Positions 1 to 18,944 of a DNA stretch of 64,000 bases are shown in pieces. The stretch comes from the human T2T-CHM13v2.0 reference genome, Homo sapiens, in assembly GCF_009914755.1 (NCBI RefSeq), contig NC_060941.1, one strand, 5' to 3'. Each line of letters opens with the position of its first letter. The stretch's first letter is position 1. Made by a program: the position numbers and the translations under genes. The notes beneath the pieces are model-generated. The model made no database searches and was not told where the DNA came from. It saw only the letters and a program-made list of their open reading frames with translations.

Positions 1-979
1 CTATTAACTGAAAGATCTTATTCCAGGTGTTCAGGGAATCAGCAGAATTAGCGTGACTTTCTGCTAATAATATCTTCAACTGATGTGATAAGAGTAGAGT
101 TCTACCAGTGGCCACTGCAAAAGACACAGAGCATGCAAAATCCTCTCTCCTTTTATCAGAAGGAAGAGCTTCTCCATCCTTTCAACCTTGGACCAGTAAT
201 TGGTCCCTTTAGGAGTTAGTTTAAGAAAAGCTATGCATGCCTTAGCCAGCCTGAAGTCAGACCCTTAATGGGAAGCTGGTGCTTTATTGATGCTCAGTAA
301 CAGAACACTGCTTTGAGCTCAAAATAACTTCTACTAAGCTCCTTCAACAGCTTGCTCCCTAGGTGGCTCAGTGTTTTGCTGCTGTCTGAAGTTGTATATA
401 CTCCAGTGAAGCTTGAGTTTCTTCATGGTCATCATCCACTATCACCAGTTAATATGGGCTGAATATCCATAACATGTCAGACTCAGTCGGGATACATAAA
501 GAAGACCCTGTACCTGCACTGGGGTTGTGGGTCTGAGGGCCATTAGAACTCTAGATGGCTGCACAGACACAGGTGAGGCTGTGGAGCAAAGGCAGAGTTG
601 GTGGTGAAGGGCCTATTTTTAACTTTTATTGCCGCCATGTTGCTCCTACGATGCCATTATGAATGGTCGCTGTGAGTCCAGGCAGTGGTTAGTGTCTACT
701 CAGAAACCTCACAATGTCTGTCCTCCTGGGATAGAATATGAACAGAATCCAGGTCTGGGGCCATGGATGTTGAACGTGATAGTATGTTTCCTGGTATCAC
801 TAAGGTCTGATCTCTTCCCGTTTTCCTACAGTTCTATGAACATTTCTTTCTAACACAATGTTTTCTTAGGGCTAATTTTAAGTTATTTTTTGGGGACTAT
901 CATCCCTTATATCCTTCTCCTTCCAAGGTATCCCAAAGTTGATGTGCAGTGTTACTGTACACTTTTTCAGCATGTGCAA

Positions 980-1392
980 ATCTGTCTAGCTTATAATCTA
1001 GCATCATTTTGTGTTGTTTTACATTTTATATAAATTGTATTACACTCTACAGATTCGTTTGAAACTTGTTTTCTGTCCAACCTGATAGATTTGAGATTTA
1101 TCCATATTGATTTATGTAGATCTAGTTCATTCATTTTACTTGTTATATATGATGACAGTAATTGGTTCGTTTTCCTAATGGAGGACAGCTAGATTGCTTC
1201 CACATTTCTGCTCTTTTAAACAGATATATATATAGATAGATAGACAGATAGATAGATAGATTGATTGATTAGATAGATATAGATATATAGATATATATAA
1301 CATATATGTGTGTGTATATATACATATATACGTATATGTGTGTGTATATGTATACATATATACGTATATGTGTGTATCTACATATACATATA

Positions 1393-1451
<59 letters not shown>

Positions 1452-1930
1452 CCTGCAGTAGCTCTTCTTGTGAGATTCTCCTATGTGAGAATTCCCCTAG
1501 GTCTGGGGTGTACTCAGAAGGGGAACTGCCAGTCATATGTATCTTTAACTTTACTAGCTTTGGCAACTTGCTCTGCAAAGTGTCTGAACCAATTTACATT
1601 CCACCAGCAGTGTTGGAGGATTCTACTTCCTCAAATTCTTACCAATAAATGCTTTTATCAGGTTGACCAAAAAGATTCCATGTGGCTGGGGTGAAAGAGC
1701 AGGTGTTTGCCTCTCTGTGATTGCTGGGAAGGTTAAACACCTTTTCATAGGTTGATTAGCCATCAGTGTTGCTTCTTCTGTGAATTGTTTGTTTATATCT
1801 CTAGCACCTTTTTCCTCCTTCCTGTTTTGGGGCATGAGGAAGAGAGGTGATGCTTTACTCACTGATTGGTAGAAATTCCTTACATATTCTGGATACTAAT
1901 TTTTTGTTGATATAAGTTGCAAATTATCTT
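980..1930 (-). mobile_element. Ancient L1M 3' fragment containing a compound microsatellite
   Basis: Degenerate antisense ORF2 C-terminus/3'UTR motifs (ccaatttacattccaccagcagtg). Confidence 0.55.
1222..1450. repeat. Compound microsatellite (TAGA)n/(TA)n/(TG)n
   Basis: Direct reading. Confidence 0.9.
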
Positions 1931-2153
1931 CTGCTGGGATTTGACATTTTCATAAAATATTTTGATGAAAGAAAAATGAGAAATAGGGAAGAGCATTCAA
2001 CCTTTAATAGAAGCATCTGTAAAAGGGTCTATTTGTTCTGCTCCTGAGACAAGTTGGTGGTGTGTTAAACTAATGAATCATTACAGTTCCCATATATGCA
2101 GTTATCATTACATGAGCCTTTTTTATTTCTTTCTGAGGTTTTATTTTGCTTTG

Positions 2154-2455
2154 CTTTTTTTTTTTTTTTTTTTTTTTTGAGAGTTTCGCTTTGTTGCCCA
2201 GGCTGGAGTGCAGTGGCACCATGTCAGCTCACTGCAACCTCTGCCTCCCAGGTTCAAGCAATTCTAGTGCCCTAGCCTCCTGAGTAACTGGGATTACAGG
2301 CACCCACCACCATGCTCGGCTGATTTTTTACATTTTTGTAGAGACAGGGTATCACCATGTTGCCCAGGCTGATCTCGAACTACTGATCTCAGGTAATCCA
2401 CCTGTCTCAGTCTCCCAAAGTGCTAGGATTACAGACATGAGCCACTGCACTGGTC
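2154..2455 (-). mobile_element. Alu
   Basis: Dimeric Alu with poly(T). Confidence 0.9.
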
Positions 2456-3296
2456 TTGCTTTGCCTTTTTAAGGCATCACCTTTAGGGACTTGCCTTTGT
2501 TCTTGATGGTTCTCCAGGGTCACTTGTTTGAGACTTTAGTAACAAGTTGCTGATACCTTAGGTAATGATACTTACAATTACCTAAGTCCCAGATGAACGT
2601 GAAGTCTGCCCACTTCCAGGTCATGGGATCTTAAGTTCTTATGACCCATAAAAGACTTAGACTAGCTTCTTGACACCTACCATCTCATGGGTGAGTAGCT
2701 CCCATCCTCCCAAACTAGAAGCAATTCATTTCATTACAAACCCACCAAAAAGCATAATTCTGTCCACCAAGAGATAACGGCTGTTAGTACCCTGAAATAT
2801 ATCCTGTTAAACTTTTTCTAATACATATGAGTATGTGAATATCATATAACTAAAGTGATCATAAAATACTTATTTTAGATTGTAGGTTTTTTTACACAAT
2901 ACGTGTCTCAGAAGTCTTCCTAGGTTAATGCATACACTCCTACAGTGGCAGCTTTAATGGCTGTGTAGTATTCCATTGTTATCTTGAAGATTTTAAAACA
3001 TCTTTTTTGTTGGATATGTGGCTGATTTCCATTTTTTTACTATAAGGAGCAATCTTTAAGTGAACCTTCTTGTACATGGATGTTTGTGAACATCCAAAAT
3101 CTAAGACCTGGAATTGCAGGGTGAAAGTTACACTGATCTCTGCGACTTTTGTTGTATACCCTACAGGTGTTTAGCATAATGGGGAGGGGCAGTTGTCTGG
3201 GGCTCTCATTTGGAGGAAACTTACTGAGCATGAATTGGGGATACGAAGATGATAAGATGATCTCACTCCCTTGTGTCAGGGGCTCATGGTCTAGGG

Positions 3297-3625
3297 CAGC
3301 AGTCTTCAACCTTTTTGGTGCAGGGACTGGTTTCATGGAAGACAATTTTTCCATGGACCCGGTTGTGGTGTGGTTTCAGGATGAAACTTTCCACCTCAGA
3401 TCGTTAGGCATTAGATTCTCAGAAGGAGGGCATAGCCTAGATCTCTCAATGTGCAGTTCACAATAGGGTTTGTGCTCCTATGAGAATCTCATGCCGCCGC
3501 TGATCTGACGGTAGGCAGAGCTCAGGCGGTAATGCTTGCTTGCCCGCCGCTCACCTCCTGCTGTGCACCCCAGTTCCTAACAGGCCATGGACAGGCACCG
3601 GTCCATGGCCTGGGGGTTGGGGGCC
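3297..3625. mobile_element. MER1B hAT DNA transposon (MITE)
   Basis: caacctttttgg...ggtttcatggaagacaatttttcc...gggggttgggg matches recalled MER1 consensus. Confidence 0.8.
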
Positions 3626-4081
3626 ATACACTGGCAGCTGGGCAGGAGGCAGCAGGCTCAGGACATGAGGAAACTGACCCTAGGAGGGAGGAGGTTGGTC
3701 TCCAGTTTCAGGAGGTAGATGTCAACTGCCTGAAATTCTCTGGAGACAATACCCCTGGCTCCCCTCTCCACACATCAGCCCTCTGTCTGAATGATATAAC
3801 ATGATTCCCTTGACTAAAAGCACAGCCCTTGCTGTATCTGAGGTGAGCCACAAAACCTCTTGCACTTCAGTCTCCACCCCTGTTAGTTGTGGAGAATAAT
3901 ACCTGTAGCTTGCTCTGCTTCACAGCCATGAGATGCAAGGCACATAATGGATGGAAGAGTGCTCGGCCACTGTGAAGCTCTGTGTAAATGTTATATACAC
4001 AGTACTCCCAATGCCGTCCTCAGAGCGTGCACGAGGGCGTCTGATGAATACCAGCTCTCAGAAGATGTTAAAGAGGATGCT

Positions 4082-4451
<370 letters not shown>

Positions 4452-4667
4452 TTAAAATCCTCAGCTGAACATCACTGGGGGAGCACATGGGCTCTGCTTG
4501 CTTATGGCCTGGGTTCAAATCCCAGGCCTGCCATTTCCAGCTCTGTAACCTCAGACAAGTGACTCAACCCCCTGTACCGCATTTTCCACATCTGTGACAT
4601 CTGTGACTTGGTGTGGTCAATGCTCAATACATGTAAGCTTTTATTATTGTTGTTGTTGTTTACAACT

Positions 4668-4975
4668 TTTTGTTGTTGTTGTTTTAAAGACAGGGTCTTG
4701 CCCTGTTACCCAGGCTGGAATGTAGCGGCATGATCAGGGCTCGCTGTAGCCTTGACTTCCCAGCCTCAAGCAATTGTCCTTCCTCAGCCCCACAAGTACC
4801 TAGGACTACAGGCGTGCACCACCATGCCCAGCTAATTTTTTTTTTTTTTTATTTTAGTAGGGATGAGGTCTTGCCGTGTTGCCCAGGCTGGTCTTGAACT
4901 CCCGGGCTCAAATGATCCTCCCACTTTGGTCTCCCAGGGTGTTAGGATTACAGGTGTGAGCCACTGTGCCTGGCC
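4668..4975 (-). mobile_element. AluJ-like
   Basis: Diverged dimer. Confidence 0.85.
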
Positions 4976-5590
4976 ATATTTGCAGCTTGTTAATACTTAC
5001 AAGGAAACTGTTAGAACAGAAAAAGAATCATTCCCTCAGCCATTTAAAAGCATCCTAAAATCAAGTTCTTGTTTTAAGATAGTTTTCATTCATTGTTCTG
5101 GTACTTCCTAAATAGTTTCTTCCCAGTAAAAGTGCCCCCACTTTGGTGGTTTAATTATAGGCCATGAGGATTTGCTTTTTCCGTGTAAGGTTGGAAGAAA
5201 AAGTTGGTTTGCTGCTATAGGAAATGAGTAGAAGCTCTGTTGCCCTCGACAGCCTTGTGGAGTTGTCCTGGAAGCCTATGTCCAGAGCTGTCTCCCAGGT
5301 CATCCTATTGCTGCACTATGGCCGACTCCCATGCAGAGAGGGTCCTTTTATAAAAACCTAAACATAACCATGTTGAGAGAGCAGTCATCCCTGCCGAACC
5401 TTTGCTGAAGCCAGTTGCCTTTGCTCTTAGATGATCTTTGTGCATCCAGGGGTTCTAGAACGTTAGACCCAAGAGTGTCTGGTCCTAGCTTTGGGGGTTT
5501 CTTGGCCTAGGATGCAATATTTTAATGGATAGGATCAACATCAGAGTAAATTTTAATTTTTCTAAATAAAGACATTATTAAAAGTTACCA

Positions 5591-5883
<293 letters not shown>

Positions 5884-6275
5884 TTACCATTGGCCAAACC
5901 ACCATTTTATCAAAGAAAAGTTTATTTTTACACCCACCCTCCTCAAAAAATAGAAAAAGAAAGGAAGCAAAGACATAAGCCTGGTACATTTCCAAAGACT
6001 ATATAAATTAATTTCATGTAAAACTTCCTCCTTTGTTCTTGTTTTTCGCCGGTGCGTCCAAGGAATCACAGACTTCATGTACACAAAGAAAAGGAGATAA
6101 GATGACTTGGTCTGAGTGGCGTGGTAGATCACACTCAGGCAAGACTGGAGCATGAACGGTTCTCCTGAAAATTCCTTCTAGGCTGCTAGTCAGTGAGTTG
6201 TTTAAACTGACTCCAATCCTTTTGTTGTGCAGATGCAAACTGTGATGCAGTTGAATTATGTGATTTGTTTTCTAA

Positions 6276-6610
<335 letters not shown>

Positions 6611-7322
6611 CAATTCATTTTATTAAATAAAGAAACATTTATTTAGAGTTTAAATGTCTGATCTTGAGGTTGCGTCAGGGTGAAGACTAAGCTGCCTTAA
6701 TAAAGACATATGAAATTAGTGGCTAAGGAAAGAGAGAAGTCGGTGTTTCCTCCCATGTAGCAGTCCTTGGTGGGGTGGCATGGCTCCATGTGGTCATTCA
6801 GGGACCTGAGCTGCTTCCATCCTGATGCTCTGTTGTTTTTCCTGAGTGCTTTCCTGGTTTGCTTGGTGGAAGCTGGATTGCTACTGTGTGTGCATGGAAG
6901 TGGAGGAAGAGGATGAGGCACCAAAGCTCTGTGTCTTGAGGCCAAGACCCATAAGCATCACAGCACTCTGTGCACAGCCCACTAGCCCAAGCCCAGTAAA
7001 GCAGTTGCATATAACTGCAAGAGAGGCAGGCAAATGGAGTCCCCAGCTGGAGGCCACATGCACAGCTGAAACTTGGGGGTGGAGGGAGGAGGGGTTCCTA
7101 TCACTAAAAGAAGAGGAGAATGACTACTTGGGGACAAAGAGCAGATTCTTTGTCATGGACATGAAGATGTTTTTAATCCATTCTTTCTGTCTAGCAGAAT
7201 GGGAAAAGGAAACCCCTGCTTCTAGAACTGTTCCAATGTTCTGCCCATCTTGCCAGACTCTCCCTATATTTGGAGGGCAAAGATTCAGGCAGACATCTCT
7301 TGGTGTAAAAGTAAATTTATCT

Positions 7323-7795
<473 letters not shown>

Positions 7796-8414
7796 TTAGT
7801 GATGACAGCTCTTCCTGGCATATGTTGGTTGGGTGGGGTGGTCTAAGGACTGCAGGATGTTTTAGAGCCTAAATTTACCAACTTTCGGCCCCTGCTTGAT
7901 GATGCTCAACAGAACGAACAAAGCTGTAGATTACTTGTCCAGATGGCCTCTTTATTTTTAGATTGGTGATCAGTTTCCAGCGTCTCTTTATTTCTTCACC
8001 ATGATGGTCTGAATGATGACTTCAATGAAGGGCAAACTCAGGCACTCTAGGAAAGATACATTACTCAGCGTGTTATTGCCTGACACGTTCTGGGAAATCA
8101 CAGGACAATCATCTTCATGTGCAACATGTGGGGTTTTTTTTTAATTTATTTGTTTGTTTTTGGCACATTTACAGTTAAATTCCCCAGATCCAAGAAAATG
8201 ACTTCCCAGTTCCTGGGGAAAATAAATTACGAATGGAGATGGAACCCAGCTCCTCTCTACCACACGGGGCCCAGAACATCGTGTTCTCTGCTGCAAAACT
8301 GCATAGATCAGGTTGGCCACAGAACTGCAGGTGCCTCACTGATCCACATTCCTCAGTTAAGGACCAAGATAGAAACCTTTATATATACTCTCACTGAGGG
8401 AATTAATTAATGTC

Positions 8415-9377
<963 letters not shown>

Positions 9378-10326
9378 ATATCATAGCAAACGTGCATCAA
9401 AAAGGTTAAATCTATTACCACCGATCCCATGTTGTGTTGACTGCAAAGGCGTACGGCATCAAGCCTTGGAAATGTAACAGGCCCATTTTTCGCAGTTGGA
9501 AAATCAGAAGTGCTAGAAAGAGAGCTGGCTCATCCTGTAGGGATGGGTGGTGGGTCGCCTCAGGCCCTCCTTTCATTCCCAGGGACCCCGTTTGCACAGC
9601 TGCGTGTGGAGCCGGCTAGCACGTTGTCAGCAACACTTCTTTCCGTGTGCTTGCTCCCTTAGTCTCTGTAACTAGCAGGTGGTTGTGGTGCCTGTCATTC
9701 ATCTCCCAGGGCTGGCTTGATAAACGTTATTATACTTCTTGATGGGTACCTTCTGGCGTATTTACCGCTTTGTAACTTTGCTGTTTATTGTGGTTCCTTG
9801 GAGCCCAATAAAAGCAAGATAAGAAAAAGCAAGCAAGAACAGGGCAGGAAAAGTCAGAACTGTAATTTAGTCATGTAAGGTTCAATTGGATGCGTTTTTC
9901 CTTTGCCCCCCTGCCTTCACCGCTGGGCTGTTCAGAGCCAGGCTCTGCTCCACTTCATCCCCATCCCAGTGACATTACACCCCCCACATCCCCATCCTTT
10001 CTGGAGTGATCAGTATCTTCTTCAGTGCATGATGGAAAGGGGAAGATTTTAGTTCATATCAGATGTTCAGAATCTTTGTAGGAAATTGAAAAAATATTAA
10101 ACCTTTTTTTTTTTTTTTTTTATTATACTCTAAGTTTTAGGGTACATGTGCACATTGTGCAGGTTAGTTACATATGTATACATGTGCCATGCTGGTGCGC
10201 TGCACCCACTAACGTGTCATCTAGCATTAGGTATATCTCCCAATGCTATCCCTCCCCCCTCCCCCGACCCCACCACAGTCCCCAGAGTGTGATATTCCCC
10301 TTCCTGTGTCCATGTGATCTCATTGT

Positions 10327-14178
<3,852 letters not shown>

Positions 14179-14217
14179 TCATTAGTTGATGCAGTTTCTT
14201 CCTAGTCTCAATGGTCT

Positions 14218-15234
14218 TTACATTTTGGCATGATTTTGCAGCGGCTGGTACCGGTTGTTCCTTTCCAGGTTTAGCGCTTCCTTCAGGAGCTCTTTTAGGG
14301 CAGGCCTGGTGGTGACAAAATCTCTCAGCATTTGCTTGTCTATAAAGTATTTTATTTCTCCTTCACTTATGAAGCTTAGTTTGGCTGGATATGAAATTCT
14401 GGGTTGAAAATTCTTTTCTTTAAGAATGTTGAATATTGGCCCTCACTCTCTTCTGGCTTGTAGGGTTTCTGCCGAGAGATCCACTGTTAGTCTGATGGGC
14501 TTTCCTTTGAGGGTAACCCGACCTTTCTCTCTGGCTGCCCTTAACATTTTTTCCTTCATTTCAACTTTGGTGAATCTGACAATTATGTGTCTTGGAGTTG
14601 CTCTTCTCGAGGAGTATCTTTGTGGCGTTCTCTGTATTTCCTGAATCTGAACGTTGGCCTGCCTTGCTAGATTGGGGAAGTTCTCCTGGATAATATCCTG
14701 CAGAGTGTTTTCCAACTTGGTTCCATTCTCCACATCACTTTCAGGTACACCAATCAGACGTAGATTTGGTCTTTTCACATAGTCCCATATTTCTTGGAGG
14801 CTTTGCTCATTTCTTTTTATTCTTTTTTCTCTAAACTTCCCTTCTCGCTTCATTTCATTCATTTCATCTTCCATTGCTGATACCCTTTCTTCCAGTTGAT
14901 CGCATCGGCTCCTGAGGCTTCTGCATTCTTCACGTAGTTCTCGAGCCTTGGTTTTCAGCTCCATCAGCTCCTTTAAGCACTTCTCTGTATTGGTTATTCT
15001 AGTTATACATTCTTCTAAATTTTTTTCAAAGTTTTCAACTTCTTTGCCTTTGGTTTGAATGTCCTCCCGTAGCTCAGAGTAATTTGATCGTCTGAAGCCT
15101 TCTTCTCTCAGCTCGTCAAAATCATTCTCCATCCAGCTTTGTTCTGTTGCTGGTGAGGAACTGCATTCCTTTGGAGGAGGAGAGGCGCTCTGCGTTTTAG
15201 AGTTTCCAGTTTTTCTGTTCTGTTTTTTCCCCAT
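14218..15234 (-). pseudogene. ORF1: L1 ORF1p with premature stop W264* (open 14443-15234, 263 aa; original stop at 14218-14220)
   Basis: MGKKQNRK... ORF ends ARRE-TGA where the other copy has GAG TGG; the downstream frame continues to the normal TAA, 1017 nt total. Confidence 0.96.
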
Positions 15235-16124
15235 CTTTGTGGTTTTATCTACTTTTGGTCTTTGATGATGGTGATGTACAGATGGGTTTTCGGTGTAGAT
15301 GTCCTTTCTGGTTGTTAGTTTTCCTTCTAACAGACAGGACCCTCAGCTGCAGGTCTGTTGGAATACCCTGCCGTGTGAGGTGTCAGTGTGCCTCCCAGTT
15401 AGGCTGCTCGGGGGTCAGGGGTCAGGGACCCACTTGAGGAGGCAGTCTGCCCGTTCTCAGATCTCCAGCTGCGTGCTGGGAGAACCACTGCTCTCTTCAA
15501 AGCTGTCAGACAGGGACACTTAAGTCTGCAGAGGTTACTGCTGTCTTTTTGTTTGTCTGTGCCCTGCCCCCAGAGGTGGAGCCTACAGAGGCAGGCAGGC
15601 CTCCTTGAGCTGTGGTGGGCTCCACCCAGTTCGAGCTTCCCGGCTGCTTTGTTTACCTAAGCAAGCCTGGGCAATGGCGGGCGCCCCTCCCCCAGCCTCG
15701 TTGCCGCCTTGCAGTTTGATCTCAGACTGCTGTGCTAGCAATCAGCGAGATTCCGTGGGCGTAGGACCCTCTGAGCCAGGTGTGGGATATAGTCTCGTGG
15801 TGCGCCGTTTCTTAAGCCGGTCTGAAAAGCGCAATATTCGGGTGGGAGTGACCCGATTTTCCAGGTGCGTCCGTCACCCCTTTCTTTGACTCGGAAAGGG
15901 AACTCCCTGACCCCTTGCACTTCCCAGGTGAGGCAATGCCTCGCCCTGCTTCGGCTCGCGCACGGTGCGCACACCCACTGACCTGCGCCCACTGTCTGGC
16001 ACTCCCTAGTGAGATGAACCCGGTACCTCAGATGGAAATGCAGAAATCACCCGTCTTCTGCGTCGCTCACGCTGGGAGCTGTAGACCGGAGCTGTTCCTA
16101 TTCGGCCATCTTGGCTCCTCCTCC
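15235..16124 (-). promoter_or_regulatory. L1 5'UTR: internal sense promoter, antisense promoter, YY1 site, CpG-rich
   Basis: YY1 motif (GGCCATCTTG on + at 16104-16113); CpG-rich; 890 bp because of a 16-bp deletion near 15390. Confidence 0.9.
15674..15889 (+). CDS. ORF0: L1 antisense ORF0 (71 aa) of the pre-Ta element
   Basis: MAGAPPPASLPPCSLISDCC...RHPFL from ATG 15674 in the antisense 5'UTR. Confidence 0.85.
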   Translation: MAGAPPPASLPPCSLISDCCASNQRDSVGVGPSEPGVGYSLVVRRFLSRSEKRNIRVGVTRFSRCVRHPFL

Positions 16125-16293
16125 AAAAATATTAAACTTAAAACAATTTCTTCTTTTAAAATATGTATTATGAGGGATGTTGTAGTATAGCCACTGTAGA
16201 ATGAGAGAAAATATTATACAGATCTGAACATGTAGCAGGCGTGGAGCGCTCAGGTTTCACGGGTGGCCTTGGAGGTTCTGGCTCTGATGCTAC

Positions 16294-16630
16294 AGAGACA
16301 GCCAAGTATAAAGGGGTCCCTGAGAACCTCCAACCTGGCCTGTGCACTGGGAGGAGTGTGCGCTGTGGGGGAGCCATGGAATTTTGTGCTGTCTGCAGTG
16401 GGAAGGAGCTTGGCCTCTCCTCTTCCGGGGCGGTAACCGGGGATTCAGTCTGTGAGGCGGGAAGCCCACTAGGAGGACTCTCACTTTGCTGAGTCTCTCT
16501 TTCCCTTCTTTCTTCTTCACCCAATAAACCCTGTCCTTCTCACCCTTCAAAGTGTCTGTGAGCCTAATCTTTCATGGTCATGTGACAAGAGCCCGGCTTT
16601 TAGCTGAACTAAAGAGAAAGCCTTACAGCA
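16294..16630 (+). mobile_element. ERV1 solo LTR, MER61-like
   Basis: AG..CA ends, 4-bp TSD CTAC (16290-93, 16631-34), TATAAA near the start and AATAAA at 16523-28; resembles recalled MER61 consensus. Confidence 0.75.
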
Positions 16631-17111
16631 CTACCATCCAGCGTCCTCCTCCTTCCTGCCCTGGATTCTTTAGAAATGACTGGAAACTCTCTCCAGAAGG
16701 TGTTTTCTGTGATGGCATAAATGGATCACTGGAGGCCCAGGGCCAGTGCTCTCTCTCTGCTGTGCTTCCTTGGAATTCTGGCCCCCAGCCCTTTCCTGAA
16801 CGCGTCATCTCCTTGAGGGTAAAAGGAGCCAGAGAACACTATCATCGCAGATGCTTCATGTGAATTGTTCCATTTTTAAGACAAAGGACGACAGTTGGCC
16901 TTAAAAATAAATCTCATTTGTGTTTCTTTTGGTTGTGGAGAAGTAAAGAATTTTCAAAACGGGTCCTTTTTATATACAAACGTTTGTCTAAATAGAGCAT
17001 CTTTAGATCTTAAAATGAACAGCAAAGCGAGCACTCGGAGATGCTTCTGTTGTGGGCTTTGGTAGACAGAGAGAGAGGTGAAGGTCCCTTCTATGCCTTT
17101 TTCTCTTTCAA

Positions 17112-17570
17112 ATAGTTGTTTTTATTGTGGTGAAATATCCATAGCATAAAATTTACCACTTTTAACTGTGGAATGTACAGTGTAGTCAGGTTTAGCACCT
17201 TCATAATGTCATGTGCTCATCACCACCATCCATCTCCAGAGCTTCCTTGTCCTCCCTGAATGAAGCTCTGTACTCATGAAACACCAGCTCCTCATTTTCC
17301 CTCCCCTCCAGCCCCTGGTAACCACCATTCTACCTTCTGTCTCTATGAATCTGACTGCTCCAGACACCTCACATAAGCAGAATCATTCAGTATTTGTCAT
17401 TTTGTGACTGGCTTATTATTTCACTTAGTATGAAGTCCTCAGGGTTCATTCATGTAGTCACATGTGTCAGAATTTTATTCAGTTTTAAGACTGAATAGTA
17501 TCTCGCTGTATGGATATACCGCCCTTTGTCGATTCACTCATCAATGGACACTTGAGTTGTTTGCACCTTC
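17112..17570 (-). mobile_element. L1MB-like 3'UTR fragment
   Basis: cagcccctggtaaccaccattctac...ctgtctctatgaat. Confidence 0.65.
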
Positions 17571-18944
17571 CCCCGCTTCCCACTGAAGCCTTCCTCTCCA
17601 TCAGTTCCCAGCTGTCGCTCCCTGCCTCTCCTTGGTGATCGCCTCTGGAACAGAATTTTGCTGTTAGGAGCCACTCCTGTCAACAGGATTTCCCAGAGTG
17701 TGTTAAAAGAAAAAGCAAATGGATAATAGCTCTAAATAAGAACTTGCTTTGGGTAAGCTTTGGTGACATCTGCAAGAAAAAAAAAAGTGGCCTGGGAAAC
17801 AGGGAGGGTTCCTGGCATAATAAACATTTTCTTAAACCTTTATGCAAATCCCAGATTAGTAGATATTGCAGGAGTCAGTTTCTAAAAGAAAACTTGATTT
17901 CCGAAGGCCATGCACAGTTATTCTGTTTCTCCATGTGTTTTGTTTGTAAGAGGAAAACAGTGGAATAGAGAATGTTTGCCACAGCCAAGGTTTTCTCTTG
18001 TCCCTTTGGTAGGTGGAAACCAAGTGCTGGATGAAATTGTGTCTGGATGCTGAATAAAGACATGGTTTGCTGAATTCATTTTGGCAGCATACACTGAGGA
18101 CAAAGCACCAGTGTACAACCACACTACTTAATTAGGATTCTCTGAAGACATGCCAATAGCATCTGCTCAGAAGTAGTGCTGCAAAAAGATTAGTCTTGAT
18201 TTTGAGTATGACTTGATTTAGCCAGATGCATAGGCCCACTTCTTTAAAAGAAAGTCCAAATTTATCTTCTGTGTTCTTTGAGGGAGTGACAACCTAGAAT
18301 CAGCTTGAAACATAAAATGTGCAAAGTAAAATTTTTACAATTATGATTGCACTTCTAGGATTTAGTAAACCTTTAACCACCAAGAGACTGGACTTGGGGG
18401 TGCGTTGCCTGTGATAGGATGCCAAGTTGTTTCTTGGCAGAAACATGGAGATTGTTAAACCAGGATGGTAAAGAGTGACTTTGTCTGTGTCAGCTACTCT
18501 GAAGCTATCCCTGAGTCCCCTGGAAGACATAAGCATCCCTTCCTCCATGACCCCAAGGCTCCTTGTGAATAATACCACATTAGAGCACTTGTCACGTCAT
18601 GGTGGAATTTTCATGTGTACATGGGGTTTCATGTACACACGTGTGTATGTAAAGGGCACAGACTGCATTGTTTTATTCCAAGCATGGGGCCAATGTATTG
18701 CAGTAACAAGGACAACCTTTTATTAGATGGCTACTGATCACAGTGAGAAAGGCATTAGCACCATTTCACAACTGAGGACCAAGTAGTTTAGAATTCCCTC
18801 TGGTCACTCAACTCATAAGTGGACCCATGAGACCTGTGGGACTCCAAAGCTGGTGCTTTTCTCATTAGAACATGATTTCCATGTTGGTGGGAAGACACCA
18901 TATGTCTCATAAAAGAGTTAATTATCAAAATCACAATGACATTC

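Noticed and set aside
14440-14445. APOBEC3G editing as the cause of W264*
   Set aside because: The CCC context fits, but it is a single event with no evident G>A cluster
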